From Myxococcota bacterium (GTDB lineage Bacteria > Myxococcota > Myxococcia > Myxococcales > Myxococcaceae): a DNA stretch of 64,000 nucleotides. This document shows, one piece after another, positions 1 to 9,693 of this stretch. Numbering within the stretch: the first letter of the stretch is position 1; every line of letters starts with the position of its first letter. The stretch is from assembly GCA_049322255.1 (NCBI GenBank), contig JBMORE010000152.1, positions 1 to 64,000 of the forward strand, given 5' to 3'. The notes beneath the pieces were generated by a model. It was not told where the DNA came from, ran no database searches, and was given only the letters and a program-made list of their open reading frames with translations. The position numbers were made by a program, and so were the translations under genes.

Positions 1-4
1 GAAT

Positions 5-634
5 TCACTGGCGAACGCTCACCAGCACCGGCCACCCACGCGCCATCGCCTCGCGAAACAGCCGCGCCAACTCCCAGCGGGCGGCGTTCACCGAGCCTTG
101 GAAGGGGTCGAGGAGCGCCTCCTCGCCGGAGCTTTTGCCGGCGACCAGCTCGACCGGCTTGCCGCAGCCCTCGCAGCGAATGGCCACCGGCCGGGCCAGC
201 GTCACCGGAACGGCATAGCGCTTCCCGCATGAGGCGCACTTCCACACCAGCGCGCGTTCTCCCGCCTCGGCCCGCGCTTGCGCCTCGAGCTCGTCGGCCA
301 GCCGTAGCAGTGCCGGCAGGTCGGTGGGAGAGCGGGCGAATACGGCGCAGGGGCTCCAGCCTTCTCCGGGGGAGGCAAAGGGCGCTTCGCCGCCGTCGAT
401 GAGCCGGAAGACCCGGTCACGGGCACGCAAGTCTCGAAACTGGGCCACGTTCAGGGCGTGCTCCACCGCGTCTTTGGCGGCGGGCAGGGTGGCCTCCAAC
501 CGCTCCTCCGACGGCAAAGAAGCGGGAGGCTTGGCGAGCTGGTGCGCCGGCACTGCGAGGAAGCGAAAGCCCACGAAGAGCTGCATCGCGCCAGCCGGCC
601 TTTCGCGCAAGGAGAAACTCGTTCTCACGTCCAC
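5..634 (-). CDS. Hypothetical protein with C-terminal zinc-ribbon (CxxC...CxxC)
   Basis: 209-aa ORF overlapping the nadA stop; [10 protein letters not shown]...RCEGCG motifs; start uncertain (GTG 634 or ATG 586). Confidence 0.7.
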   Translation of the reverse strand: MDVRTSFSLRERPAGAMQLFVGFRFLAVPAHQLAKPPASLPSEERLEATLPAAKDAVEHALNVAQFRDLRARDRVFRLIDGGEAPFASPGEGWSPCAVFARSPTDLPALLRLADELEAQARAEAGERALVWKCASCGKRYAVPVTLARPVAIRCEGCGKPVELVAGKSSGEEALLDPFQGSVNAARWELARLFREAMARGWPVLVSVRQ

Positions 635-1542
635 TCGAGCATGCGCTGCAGGGGCCCCAGGGCTGCCTGGCGCAGGCTCTCCGGCAGCTCGAGCGAGGGC
701 TTCTTTTCACGCATGCAGCGGTAGAGCTTCTCCATCGTGTTGAGCTTCATGTGCGGGCACTCGTTGCAGGCGCACCCGTTGTCCGGCGGCGCGGGGAGGA
801 AGGTCTTCTTCGGGGCCTTTTGCTGCATCTGGTGGAGGATGCCCGCCTCGGTCACCACGATGAACTTCTCCTTCGGGCTGGAAAGCACGTGCTCGAGGAT
901 GCCCTTGGTCGAGCCGATGTAGTGGGCGTGGGCGAGCACGCGCTCTTCGCACTCGGGGTGGGCGACCACCTCGGCGTCGGGGTGCTCGGCCATCAGCTTC
1001 ACCAGACGCTTCTCGCTGAAAATCTCATGCACCATGCAGCTGCCCGGCCACAGAATCATCTCCCGCCCGGTCTTTTGGGCCACGTAGCGGCCCAGGTGCT
1101 GGTCGGGGGCAAAGATGATGGGCCGGTCCTTGGGGGCGCGCTCGACGATTTTCACTGCGTTGGAGGAGGTGCAGATGACGTCGCTCATCGCCTTCACCGC
1201 CGCCGAGCTGTTCACGTAGCTCACCACGAAGGCTCCTGGGTGCTGGGCGCGAAAAGCCTCGAAAGCGGCGGGAGGGCAGCGGTCGGAGAGCGAGCACCCG
1301 GCGGAAAGGTCGGGTAGGAGCACCAACCGGCGGGGGTTCAAGATTTTCGCCGTCTCCGCCATGAAGTGCACTCCGCAGAAGACGATGACGTCGGCGGTGG
1401 TCTTGGCCGCGGTCTGAGCGAGCGCCAGGCTGTCCCCCACGAAGTCGGCGACGTCCTGGATGTCGCTCTCCTGGTAGTAGTGCGAAAGGATGATCGCGTT
1501 GAGCTCCTTCTTCAGCCGGCGGATCTCGCCCTCGTAGTCCAT
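625..1542 (-). CDS. nadA: Quinolinate synthase NadA
   Basis: [58 protein letters not shown] motifs. Confidence 0.97.
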   Translation of the reverse strand: MDYEGEIRRLKKELNAIILSHYYQESDIQDVADFVGDSLALAQTAAKTTADVIVFCGVHFMAETAKILNPRRLVLLPDLSAGCSLSDRCPPAAFEAFRAQHPGAFVVSYVNSSAAVKAMSDVICTSSNAVKIVERAPKDRPIIFAPDQHLGRYVAQKTGREMILWPGSCMVHEIFSEKRLVKLMAEHPDAEVVAHPECEERVLAHAHYIGSTKGILEHVLSSPKEKFIVVTEAGILHQMQQKAPKKTFLPAPPDNGCACNECPHMKLNTMEKLYRCMREKKPSLELPESLRQAALGPLQRMLEWT

Positions 1543-1709
1543 GAGGGGGGTTTAGCCGAACCGCGCCCCATTTTCTCGCCGGCTAAGAGACCTCGATGTC
1601 GCTCCGCGGCATGACACTCCCGTCTTCGGGTGGGACGGTTGGCGCCCGGGCGGTTTGCTGTGCTACGCGGGCGTCACCCATGGCCCACGAATGGCAAAGA
1701 GGACGCAGT

Positions 1710-4700
1710 ATGAAGAATCGAAATCGATTGCGCGCCTGGATGATGCTGCCCTTCCTCGTGGCCGGATGTACCTGTGGCGAGCCGCCGGCGAAGGACACCC
1801 TCAAGCCGGAGGGCGTCGCGTGCGGCGCGGACAGCGAGTGCGAGACCGGCCTGTGCGATGCGCTCCCCGGAGGTGAAAAGCTGTGCATGCGCAAATGCAC
1901 CGCGGGCTGCCGGCAACTCGAGGTCTGCACGCAGCTGGCGCTCGACCGCTATGGCTGCGTGCCCGAACGCGCGGGGCTGTGCGAGCCCTGCCAAAGCGAC
2001 GACGACTGCCCTTACCCCGCCGACCGCTGCATCGCCCTCGGCGCGGAAAAGTTCTGCGGGCGTGACTGCTCCTTCGACGGCACCTGTCCGTTCAGCTTCC
2101 GCTGCGCCGAGGCCACCACCCCTGACGGCGTGCTGGTGGCCAGCCAGTGCCAGCCCAACAGCGGCACCTGCCAGTGCACCGCGCTGACCGGAGGACAGGA
2201 GCTGCCCTGCGAGGAGACCAACAACCTCGGCACCTGCACCGGCGTGAAGGTCTGCGAGCCCCCGGGGGGATACTCGGCTTGCAGCGCCCGGGTGCCGGCA
2301 GCAGAGGTGTGCAACGGCCAGGACGACGATTGCAACGGCCAGGTCGACGAGAACTTGGGGGACACCGCGTGCGGGTTGGGGGAGTGCACGCGCACCGTCG
2401 CCAACTGCGCCAACGGTCAATCGCAACAGTGTCAGCCGGGCGATGCCGGCGTCGAAGCGTGCAACGAGAAGGACGACGACTGCGACGGCGTGACGGACAA
2501 CGGCTTCGACAAGTTGACCGACCTGCAGCACTGCGGAGCGTGCAACAACCCGTGCGCTCCGCCCAACGCGAACCCGGTGTGCTTCGACGGCGGTTGCGCC
2601 ATCGCCTCATGCCTCACCGGACACTGGGATATCGACAAGGCGGTGCCCAACGGCTGCGAATACCCGTGCAACCTGACCAACGGGGGCACCGAGGCCTGTG
2701 ACGGGGTGGACAACGACTGCGACATGCAGACCGACGAGACGTTCGATCTGAACACCGACCCGCAAAATTGCGGCGCGTGCGGCTTTGCCTGCAACGTGGC
2801 CAACGGCAACGTCGCCACCTACAAGTGCACGGTGAAGGTGTGCGGAGTCGACACCTGCGTGAGTGGGTTCGGCGACTGTGACCAGCAATACGCCACCGGG
2901 TGCGAGACCAACACCAACACCTCGGTGCTGCACTGCGGCGGGTGCAACCGGCCTTGCTCCCTGGCCAACGCGACCCCTGCGTGCAGCAACGGCGGCTGCG
3001 TCATCAGCGCGTGTACCCCGCCTTTTCGCGACTGCAACCTGGTGGCGGCCGATGGGTGCGAGGTCAACACCAGCTCCGACGTCAACCACTGTGGGGCGTG
3101 TAACAGCCCCTGCAGCCGGCCGTTCTCCAACGCGACCTGCGTGAACAGCACGTGCAACTTCACCTGCCAGACCGACCGCTGGGACGTCGACCAGAACCCG
3201 GCCAACGGCTGCGAATACTTTTGCGTCTTCCAGTCAGCCACTGACCTGCCCGACATTCAGTTCATCGACGCCAACTGCGACGGAATCGACGGTGATGTGA
3301 GCCGGGCGATCTTCGTGGATGTCGTCAGCGGAAACGACTCCAACGCCGGCACACGCAGCGCTCCCAAGCGCACCATCGGAGCGGGCATTCTGGCGGCCAA
3401 CGCCGGTACGCCCACCAAGGACGTCTACATCTCTCGGGGCACCTACTCCGAAGCGGTCACCTTGCTCGGCGGCATCAGCCTCTTTGGCGGCTACGACGCG
3501 GCGAATGGTTGGAGCCGTGCCACCACCAACACCACCTCCATCGTCAGTCCGACGGCGGTGGGAGTGCGCGCGGTCAACCTCGGCTTGGCTACGGAGGTGC
3601 AGCTTTTGTCCATCACCGCGGCCGATGCGACGGGCACCGCGGCCAACGGCGATGGCAACTCGAGCTTTGGCATCTTGGCCGTCGACGCCAGCGGCGGGCT
3701 CACCGTGCGCAACTGCACCATCACCGCCGGCCGCGGCAGCTCGGGATCGACGGGGTTGAATGGATCGACGGGCACTTCCGGCAACCCCGGAGGCCCGGCT
3801 GGCCAAGGGGGCGTCATGAACCGCGGCGCCGCCGGAACCTCGAGCTGCGGCGCGCCTGGAGGTCAGGGAGGACAGGGCGTCGACGGCGAAATCAATGGCA
3901 GCCCCGGCAGCCCGGGTACCACGGCGTCAGGCGGTGGGTCCGGTGGGCCGGCAGGCAGCGGCGGCGCGCGGGGAACGTGCAGCAGCACGTCATCCTCGAA
4001 CGGCAACCCGGCGCCACCGTTGGGCAGCGGGGGCGGGACGGGTTCTCCTGGCAGCAACGGCACCGCTGGAGCCAACTTCGGTACTTTCGACGCAGCCGGT
4101 GTCTATCTCCCTCCTACCGGGTTGAGTGGCTCGGCGGGGAATCCCGGTGGCGGGGGTGGAGGCGGAGGCGCGGGTGGCGGCACCGCGCACGGGACCAATT
4201 TCTTCTGCACGAACTGCAGCGGAATCGCCAGCGGCGGTGGCGGTGGCGGAGGAGGCGGCGGCTGCGGCGGTAACGGAGGCAACGGCGGCCGTGGTGGCGG
4301 CGGCAGCTTCGGCATCACCTCGATCAACTCGGCCGTCACCGTGCTCAACACCACCCTCACATCGCGCAACGCTGGCAATGGCGGAGCAGGAGGCAACGGA
4401 GGGTTCGGCGGCAACGGCGGTGGTGGTGGAAGCGGCTCGGTCGGTGAGACGGAGAGCAGCAGCTGCAGCACCCGCTCGGGTGGCAGGGGCGCCGATGGGG
4501 CCGGCGGAGGTGTCGGCGGTCGTGGTGGTGGCGGGGCAGGGGGGTCGGGCGGCCCCTCCATCTGCATCGTCTACAAGGGTAGCGCTCCCACCACCTCGGC
4601 CAACTCCTGCACCAATGGCACTCCCGGAAGCGGCGGGTTCGGCGGCACCAACGGCCTTCAGCCGGCCGCCACCGGCACCACGGGCATCACCCAGGCGCTG

Positions 4701-4715
4701 CAGCAAGCGCTCTAG
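1710..4715 (+). CDS. Large Cys-rich lipoprotein: MopE-like CxxxDDDC repeats, TDxxHCGxC repeats, DUF1565-like domain, Gly-rich tail
   Basis: RBS AGAGGA then ATG 1710; lipobox FLVAGC; repeats CNGQDDDCNGQVDE / CNEKDDDCDGVTDN; IFVDVVSGNDSNAGTRSAPKRTI; long GxGGxGG C-terminus. Confidence 0.85.
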   Translation: MKNRNRLRAWMMLPFLVAGCTCGEPPAKDTLKPEGVACGADSECETGLCDALPGGEKLCMRKCTAGCRQLEVCTQLALDRYGCVPERAGLCEPCQSDDDCPYPADRCIALGAEKFCGRDCSFDGTCPFSFRCAEATTPDGVLVASQCQPNSGTCQCTALTGGQELPCEETNNLGTCTGVKVCEPPGGYSACSARVPAAEVCNGQDDDCNGQVDENLGDTACGLGECTRTVANCANGQSQQCQPGDAGVEACNEKDDDCDGVTDNGFDKLTDLQHCGACNNPCAPPNANPVCFDGGCAIASCLTGHWDIDKAVPNGCEYPCNLTNGGTEACDGVDNDCDMQTDETFDLNTDPQNCGACGFACNVANGNVATYKCTVKVCGVDTCVSGFGDCDQQYATGCETNTNTSVLHCGGCNRPCSLANATPACSNGGCVISACTPPFRDCNLVAADGCEVNTSSDVNHCGACNSPCSRPFSNATCVNSTCNFTCQTDRWDVDQNPANGCEYFCVFQSATDLPDIQFIDANCDGIDGDVSRAIFVDVVSGNDSNAGTRSAPKRTIGAGILAANAGTPTKDVYISRGTYSEAVTLLGGISLFGGYDAANGWSRATTNTTSIVSPTAVGVRAVNLGLATEVQLLSITAADATGTAANGDGNSSFGILAVDASGGLTVRNCTITAGRGSSGSTGLNGSTGTSGNPGGPAGQGGVMNRGAAGTSSCGAPGGQGGQGVDGEINGSPGSPGTTASGGGSGGPAGSGGARGTCSSTSSSNGNPAPPLGSGGGTGSPGSNGTAGANFGTFDAAGVYLPPTGLSGSAGNPGGGGGGGGAGGGTAHGTNFFCTNCSGIASGGGGGGGGGGCGGNGGNGGRGGGGSFGITSINSAVTVLNTTLTSRNAGNGGAGGNGGFGGNGGGGGSGSVGETESSSCSTRSGGRGADGAGGGVGGRGGGGAGGSGGPSICIVYKGSAPTTSANSCTNGTPGSGGFGGTNGLQPAATGTTGITQALQQAL

Positions 4716-4722
4716 CCTCCTT

Positions 4723-4757
4723 CCCCTCTCCCGCTGGGAGAGGGACAGGGTGAGAGG
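4723..4757 (+). repeat. REP-like palindrome copy 1 (CCCTCTCCC-N3-GGGAGAGGG-NN-AGGGTGAG), intergenic
   Basis: CCCCTCTCCCGCTGGGAGAGGGACAGGGTGAGAGG just after the lipoprotein stop; same motif at 13174, 19775, 27247, 60639. Confidence 0.9.
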
Positions 4758-4850
4758 CGAAAAAAAGCCTCACAAAAGTGCACTCCCCGCCTACCTGAAA
4801 TTGGAATTCCTCTGCTAGAAGCCCGCCTTCACTTCTCATCCGAGGGCTAC

Positions 4851-6218
4851 ATGAGCGTTTCCGCAGCCGTCGCCTCGAAGGGCCACCCCAAGGGCCTCTA
4901 CCTCTTGTTCACCACCGAAATGTGGGAGCGCATGTCGTACTACGGCATGCGGGCTCTGCTCGTTCTCTACATGGTGGACAAGTCGCGGGGCGGTTTCGGC
5001 TGGGATGAGAAGTGGGCCCTGCAGATCTACGGCCTGTACACCGGGCTGGTGTACCTCACCCCCCTGGCGGGTGGCTTCATCGCCGACCGATTCCTTGGCC
5101 AGCGCAACTCTGTGGTCATCGGTGGCACCTTGATGATGATCGGCCACTTCCTGATGGCCGTGCCAGGAGTGGTCGCCTTCTACGCGGCGCTGGCCTTCCT
5201 CATCGCTGGAAACGGCATGTTCAAGCCGAACATCTCGACCATGGTGGGCGGGCTCTACGATCAGGGAGACCCCCGCCGCGACGGCGCCTTCACCATCTTC
5301 TACATGGGCATCAACCTGGGGGCGTTCTTCTCTCCGCTCATCTGCGGCACTCTGGGTGAGAAGCTGGGCTGGCACTGGGGCTTCGGCTCCGCCGGCGTGG
5401 GTATGGGGCTGGGGTTGATTGCTTTTCTCGTCGGCCACAAACGGCTTTTGGGCGACGTGGGCCTCTCGCCCGTCAAGAAGGACACCGCCAAGGCCGCGCA
5501 CACCCCTGCGGCACCGCTGACGCGGCAGGAGCTCGAGCGCATCGCGGTGATCATCATCCTGTCGATCTTCGTCGTCTTCTTCTGGGCGGCGTTCGAGCAG
5601 GCCGGCGGCTTGATGAACCTGTACACGGATCAAAAGGTGGATCGGGTGGTGTTGGGTTGGGAGGTGCCCACTACTTGGTTTCAGTCTGTCAATCCCGCGC
5701 TGATTTTCATTCTCGCTCCTCTTTTCTCGATGTTGTGGACCGGGTTGGGAAGACGTCAGAAGGACCCGCCGACGGCGGTGAAGATGGCTTTTGGACTTCT
5801 GTTGCTGTCGTTCGGGTTCGTGCTGATGCTTGGTGCGACCCAGCAGAGCTCGACCGAGGGCAAGGCAGCGCTGACATGGGTGGTCGGCGCCTACTTCTTC
5901 CACACCCTGGGAGAGCTGTGCCTGTCACCGATTGGTCTGTCGATGGTGACCAAGCTCGCGCCCCAGCGAATGGCGTCATTGATGATGGGGGTGTGGTTCC
6001 TCTCCAGCGCCGTGGCCAACTACCTCGCTGGCTGGATTGGGGGCTTCTCCAAGACGCTCGGCGAGTTCCAGCTGTTCGGCGCCATCGTTGGGGCAACTGC
6101 AGTCGCGGGTGTGCTCCTGCTCGTTGTCTCCAAGCCGCTCAGGCGGATGACCCACGGAGCGGACGAGAACAATCTTCAACCCAAATCCTCTGGCCAGGCC
6201 GAGCCGGCGTTGAGCTGA
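4851..6218 (+). CDS. POT/PTR family proton-dependent oligopeptide transporter (DtpT-like)
   Basis: GHPKGLYLLFTTEMWERMSYYGMRA (ExxERxxYY), GMFKPNIS, FYMGINLG, GELCLSPIGLS. Confidence 0.95.
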   Translation: MSVSAAVASKGHPKGLYLLFTTEMWERMSYYGMRALLVLYMVDKSRGGFGWDEKWALQIYGLYTGLVYLTPLAGGFIADRFLGQRNSVVIGGTLMMIGHFLMAVPGVVAFYAALAFLIAGNGMFKPNISTMVGGLYDQGDPRRDGAFTIFYMGINLGAFFSPLICGTLGEKLGWHWGFGSAGVGMGLGLIAFLVGHKRLLGDVGLSPVKKDTAKAAHTPAAPLTRQELERIAVIIILSIFVVFFWAAFEQAGGLMNLYTDQKVDRVVLGWEVPTTWFQSVNPALIFILAPLFSMLWTGLGRRQKDPPTAVKMAFGLLLLSFGFVLMLGATQQSSTEGKAALTWVVGAYFFHTLGELCLSPIGLSMVTKLAPQRMASLMMGVWFLSSAVANYLAGWIGGFSKTLGEFQLFGAIVGATAVAGVLLLVVSKPLRRMTHGADENNLQPKSSGQAEPALS

Positions 6219-6221
6219 CCG

Positions 6222-8228
6222 ATGAGCACGAACGTGGCGAGAAAGATGGGGGAGCCCGCGGCGAGCGTTGCCGAGGCTCCCAAGAGCGACCTGTTCCCCA
6301 AGGGCATTCCGTACATCGTGGGGAACGAAGGGGCCGAGCGCTTCAGCTTCTACGGGATGAAGGCCATCCTGAAGGTCTATTTGATCGGCCTGTACCTCAA
6401 GCTGATCAACGCGGGCCTCACCGAGGCCACCGCCACCGCCGATCAGATGGCAGCCGCGCGCGCCGAGTCGACCGAGGTGGTGCACCTGTTCGTCGCCGGC
6501 GTCTACGCCTTCCCGCTCATCGGGGCGATCATCTCCGACCGCCTCTTGGGCAAGTACCGGGTCATCTTCTGGGTCTCCCTCATCTACTGTGCCGGCCACG
6601 CGGTGCTGGCGATCGCCGGGCGGCTCGACGCGCTGCAGAATTTCTCCGCCGCGCAGTGGGGCATGTACATCGGCCTGGGGCTCATCGCCGTCGGCTCGGG
6701 CGGCATCAAGCCCTGCGTCTCGGCCAACGTGGGCGACCAGTTCACCGCCGAGAACGGGCACCTGGTGACCAAGGTTTTCCAAATCTTCTACTTCATCATC
6801 AACTACGGGTCGTTCTTCTCCACCCTGCTCACCCCGCTGCTGTTGATGTGGTTCGGCCCCGAGGTCGCCTTCGGCGTGCCCGGCGTGCTGATGGCGCTCG
6901 CCACCTTGGTCTTCTGGATGGGGCGCAACAAGTTCGTCAAGGTTCCGCCCAAGCCGGGAGGGCCCCTGGGGCTGCTCGACACCTTCGTGACGATGCTTCT
7001 CCTCTCCCCCCTGTTGGTGGTGGCATTCGGAGGCATCCTCCCGGCGGTCGCCGACTTCGTGTGGATGACGCCCGAGGCGCTGGCAGCGGAGCTCGCCAAA
7101 AATCCCCGGCATCCGGCCACACTCGGAGCAGTGCTGCTGCAGTTCTGGCCCCACTTCCTCGGCGCCGCGGTGGCGTTCGGGCTGGGCTTCGTCCTCTTCT
7201 TCTTGCGCCAGGCCCGTCAGCCCGACGCGGGTTTCATGGCGGTGCTCATCTACAACCTCACCCACCAGAAAGAGAGGAAGCCGGGGCAGAGCTTCTTCGA
7301 CGTGGGCCGCGCGAAGTACGGTGAGGAGGCCGGCGACGGCCCGCCGGCAGTGCTGAAGATCATGCTCGTCTTCTCGATGGTCAGCGTCTTCTGGGCGCTG
7401 TTCGATCAGCATGCCTCCACCTGGATCGACCAGGCGAAGATGATGCGGCTGGGGATAACTGTGCCCGCATATCTGGGCTACTGGACGGTGGTTGCCACGT
7501 TGGCACTCTCCTTTTACGCCGGCATCTGGTTGTTCACCTGGGTCTCCAACATCCGCATCCCCCGCAAGATGACCTGGGGAGTGCTCGGAGTCGCCGCTGC
7601 CAGCGGCGTCGTGTGCGGCCTGCTCGACCTGGCGGGCCCAGCCATCGGCACCGTCGGGACGGACGGCGAGCGCGCACGCATGCTCAGCTTCGCGCTCGAC
7701 CCGGCGCAGTTGTCGGCGCTCAACCCGCTGATGGTGATGGCGATCATCCCCTTGCTCAACGTGGCGGTGTACGAGCCGTTCAAGAAGGCGGGGAGGGAAA
7801 TCAAGCCGCTGGTGAAGATGACCGTGGGCATGTTCCTCGCCTCGGTGGCCTTCGTCTCCGCGGCCCTGATGCAGAAGATGATCGAGAACAACGCCGCCGG
7901 TAGCTCCGAACAACTGCACGGCCTGTGGCAGGCGCTGCCCTACTTCCTCATGACCGTCGCCGAGGTGCTGGTGTCGATCACCGGGCTGGAGTTCGCCTAC
8001 ACCCAGGCCCCACGGGCGATGAAGTCGACCATCATGAGCTTCTGGCTGCTCTGCGTGACCTTCGGCAACCTCCTGGTCGCCTTCCTCGCGCCTCTGCAGA
8101 AGACCCTGGCGCTGTCCTCCTTCTTCTGGGTCTTCGCTGGCCTGATGGCAGGCGCCGCCCTGGTGTTCGCCGTGCTCGGGCACTTCTACAGGGGCAAGAC
8201 GTATCTACAGCAGGCGGCCAGCCACTAG
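6222..8228 (+). CDS. POT/PTR family oligopeptide transporter (PepT1/PepTSo-like subfamily) with extra membrane insertions
   Basis: GNEGAERFSFYGMKAIL, GGIKPCVSANVGDQF, FWALFDQ, SITGLEFAYTQAP. Confidence 0.93.
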   Translation: MSTNVARKMGEPAASVAEAPKSDLFPKGIPYIVGNEGAERFSFYGMKAILKVYLIGLYLKLINAGLTEATATADQMAAARAESTEVVHLFVAGVYAFPLIGAIISDRLLGKYRVIFWVSLIYCAGHAVLAIAGRLDALQNFSAAQWGMYIGLGLIAVGSGGIKPCVSANVGDQFTAENGHLVTKVFQIFYFIINYGSFFSTLLTPLLLMWFGPEVAFGVPGVLMALATLVFWMGRNKFVKVPPKPGGPLGLLDTFVTMLLLSPLLVVAFGGILPAVADFVWMTPEALAAELAKNPRHPATLGAVLLQFWPHFLGAAVAFGLGFVLFFLRQARQPDAGFMAVLIYNLTHQKERKPGQSFFDVGRAKYGEEAGDGPPAVLKIMLVFSMVSVFWALFDQHASTWIDQAKMMRLGITVPAYLGYWTVVATLALSFYAGIWLFTWVSNIRIPRKMTWGVLGVAAASGVVCGLLDLAGPAIGTVGTDGERARMLSFALDPAQLSALNPLMVMAIIPLLNVAVYEPFKKAGREIKPLVKMTVGMFLASVAFVSAALMQKMIENNAAGSSEQLHGLWQALPYFLMTVAEVLVSITGLEFAYTQAPRAMKSTIMSFWLLCVTFGNLLVAFLAPLQKTLALSSFFWVFAGLMAGAALVFAVLGHFYRGKTYLQQAASH

Positions 8229-8402
8229 GGCAAGGTACGCCGGAATCCGCTACCCTGGCGCAGGATCGCGACTCCGCGCGTTTCAGCCGCGTCCGCGTGG
8301 AGCGGCTTTGAGGCGTGGCCAGAATACCGCGCTGAGGCATTTGGCCCACGTCGGTCCTGCGGTTCGTTCTCCTCGAAGAGCGCCGTTGCAGTCGCGCTGA
8401 CA

Positions 8403-8418
8403 GGGCACGTGTTTTGCG
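8403..8418 (+). promoter_or_regulatory. Sigma54-type promoter (-24/-12) with no convincing gene downstream
   Basis: GGGCACG-TGTT-TTGCG vs consensus TGGCACG-N4-TTGCW. Confidence 0.45.
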
Positions 8419-8494
8419 AGGTCGGCTCGCGATGCCCGCCCGTGAAAGCTCCGCGACCTACCTCCGACGCCGCGCGCCGCGCCTGGGGAGTTCC

Positions 8495-8788
8495 TCACTG
8501 GGCGCAACTCTTGGTGACCCATCGCTTGGCCGTATCTTCGATCGTTCGGAAGAGGCGAGCTCCCTCGCTGTAGGTGCCCAGAGAGCCTTGCCTAGCGAGG
8601 ATTCCAAAGTACTGATTGTCGAAGTCGATGAACGGGTACGGACCGTAGGCGCCGGGAGAGGAGTTGCGGTGCCCGGCGCCGCAGTTGAAAGAGTTGGGCT
8701 GGGTGGCGGTTGGGCACTCCAGCCAGTTGCCCAGGCCGTAGGACCAGTCCTCGCCCACCGCATACAGGGAAACGTAGAGGCGAAACAT
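8495..8788 (-). pseudogene. C-terminal fragment of a beta-lactamase-like serine hydrolase
   Basis: YGLGNW...SSPGAYGPYPFIDFDNQYFGILA resembles the C-terminus of serine hydrolase family proteins; no SxxK-containing N-terminal part present. Confidence 0.55.
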
Positions 8789-8794
8789 GTCACG

Positions 8795-9340
8795 TCAGTC
8801 GAAGTAAACCTTCAACCGGTCGGCGACGCCCAGCTCCAGCGCCTGTTCATCTAGATACTTGCGGTCGAGCGAATTCGCGAAAGCGTCTTTGATGGCGAGG
8901 AGGTCATCGATGTCCTCAGGGCGGTTTGCCTCGAGCTTGAGCAAAAGGAGATCCTCAACGGACGCGACGGAAAGTCGTTGCCCAAAGGCCGTGATTTCGG
9001 TGGCCCGTTCGACCACTTTCTGCGCAAACGGTGAATCCACAAAAAGGATGTCCAAGCCGATGCCGTCCACCTTGTTCGGCGGTCCCCAGAGTTGCACCAG
9101 CCCGCCTTCCATCAACAAGGTGGCCTCCTTTTCGTCGTAGCTGTAGCCGTGGCGCACGGCCATGGCCAAGAGCTCCGAGCGCCGATTCTCGGGAACAACC
9201 AGCATGAGATCGAGGTCCTCCGTGATGCGCGGCCTGACGCGCGCAACAATCGCCGCGCCGCCGACGAGGGCACCCGGGAGTCCCCAGTCCTTCAGGAACG
9301 CCGCCAAGCGGGCAATTTCGTGTGAAACCTCAGGTTTCAC
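8795..9340 (-). CDS. Pol-beta superfamily nucleotidyltransferase (AbiEii/DUF6036-like), candidate toxin
   Basis: LVGGAA...PRITEDLDL...GLDIL...EDLLLLKL..NRPEDIDD motifs. Confidence 0.85.
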   Translation of the reverse strand: MKPEVSHEIARLAAFLKDWGLPGALVGGAAIVARVRPRITEDLDLMLVVPENRRSELLAMAVRHGYSYDEKEATLLMEGGLVQLWGPPNKVDGIGLDILFVDSPFAQKVVERATEITAFGQRLSVASVEDLLLLKLEANRPEDIDDLLAIKDAFANSLDRKYLDEQALELGVADRLKVYFD

Positions 9341-9569
9341 GTTTCCAGTGCCTGAGGAGGCGAAGCCAGAGCTCAGGCGGCTCGTCTGCCTGACTCCGCT
9401 TGATGGGCCTGCTGTGCTCGAAAGCGTTCGCCAACTGCCTCAGACCTTCGAGTTTTTCGAGCCGCTGCTCGGGGGTCAAAAGGTGCGCTTGGTCGTAGTT
9501 GCGTCGGCGGCGCAGCTCGCCCAGCAACTTGCGCCGCAACTCCTTGTCGACAACCGGCCAGGTTCCCAT
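9330..9569 (-). CDS. Small basic helical protein, partner (candidate antitoxin) of the nucleotidyltransferase
   Basis: 79 aa, LTPEQRLEKL motif typical of genes preceding such NTases; 11-nt overlap with the NTase start. Confidence 0.7.
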   Translation of the reverse strand: MGTWPVVDKELRRKLLGELRRRRNYDQAHLLTPEQRLEKLEGLRQLANAFEHSRPIKRSQADEPPELWLRLLRHWKRET

Positions 9570-9610
9570 CGACTCGGATGATAACTGCGACGTCGCTCTG
9601 ACGCGAAGCC

Positions 9611-9693
9611 TTGTCAGCGTCAGGCACCAGCCTCTACCTTTAAGAATGATGAAGAAGGTGGCTTGCCTGCTCGCCGACCGTTTCGAGGACTCG
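9611..9693 (+). pseudogene. Promoter plus N-terminal relic of a PfpI/DJ-1 (type 1 glutamine amidotransferase-like) gene
   Basis: TTGTCA-N18-TACCTT then ATG 9646/9649 MKKVACLLADRFEDS; similarity is lost after about 15 codons. Confidence 0.45.

Noticed and set aside
3720..4700. Mycobacterial PE-PGRS gene or horizontal transfer
   Set aside because: No PE domain; the similarity is compositional, and the N-terminus is a myxobacterial-type lipoprotein.
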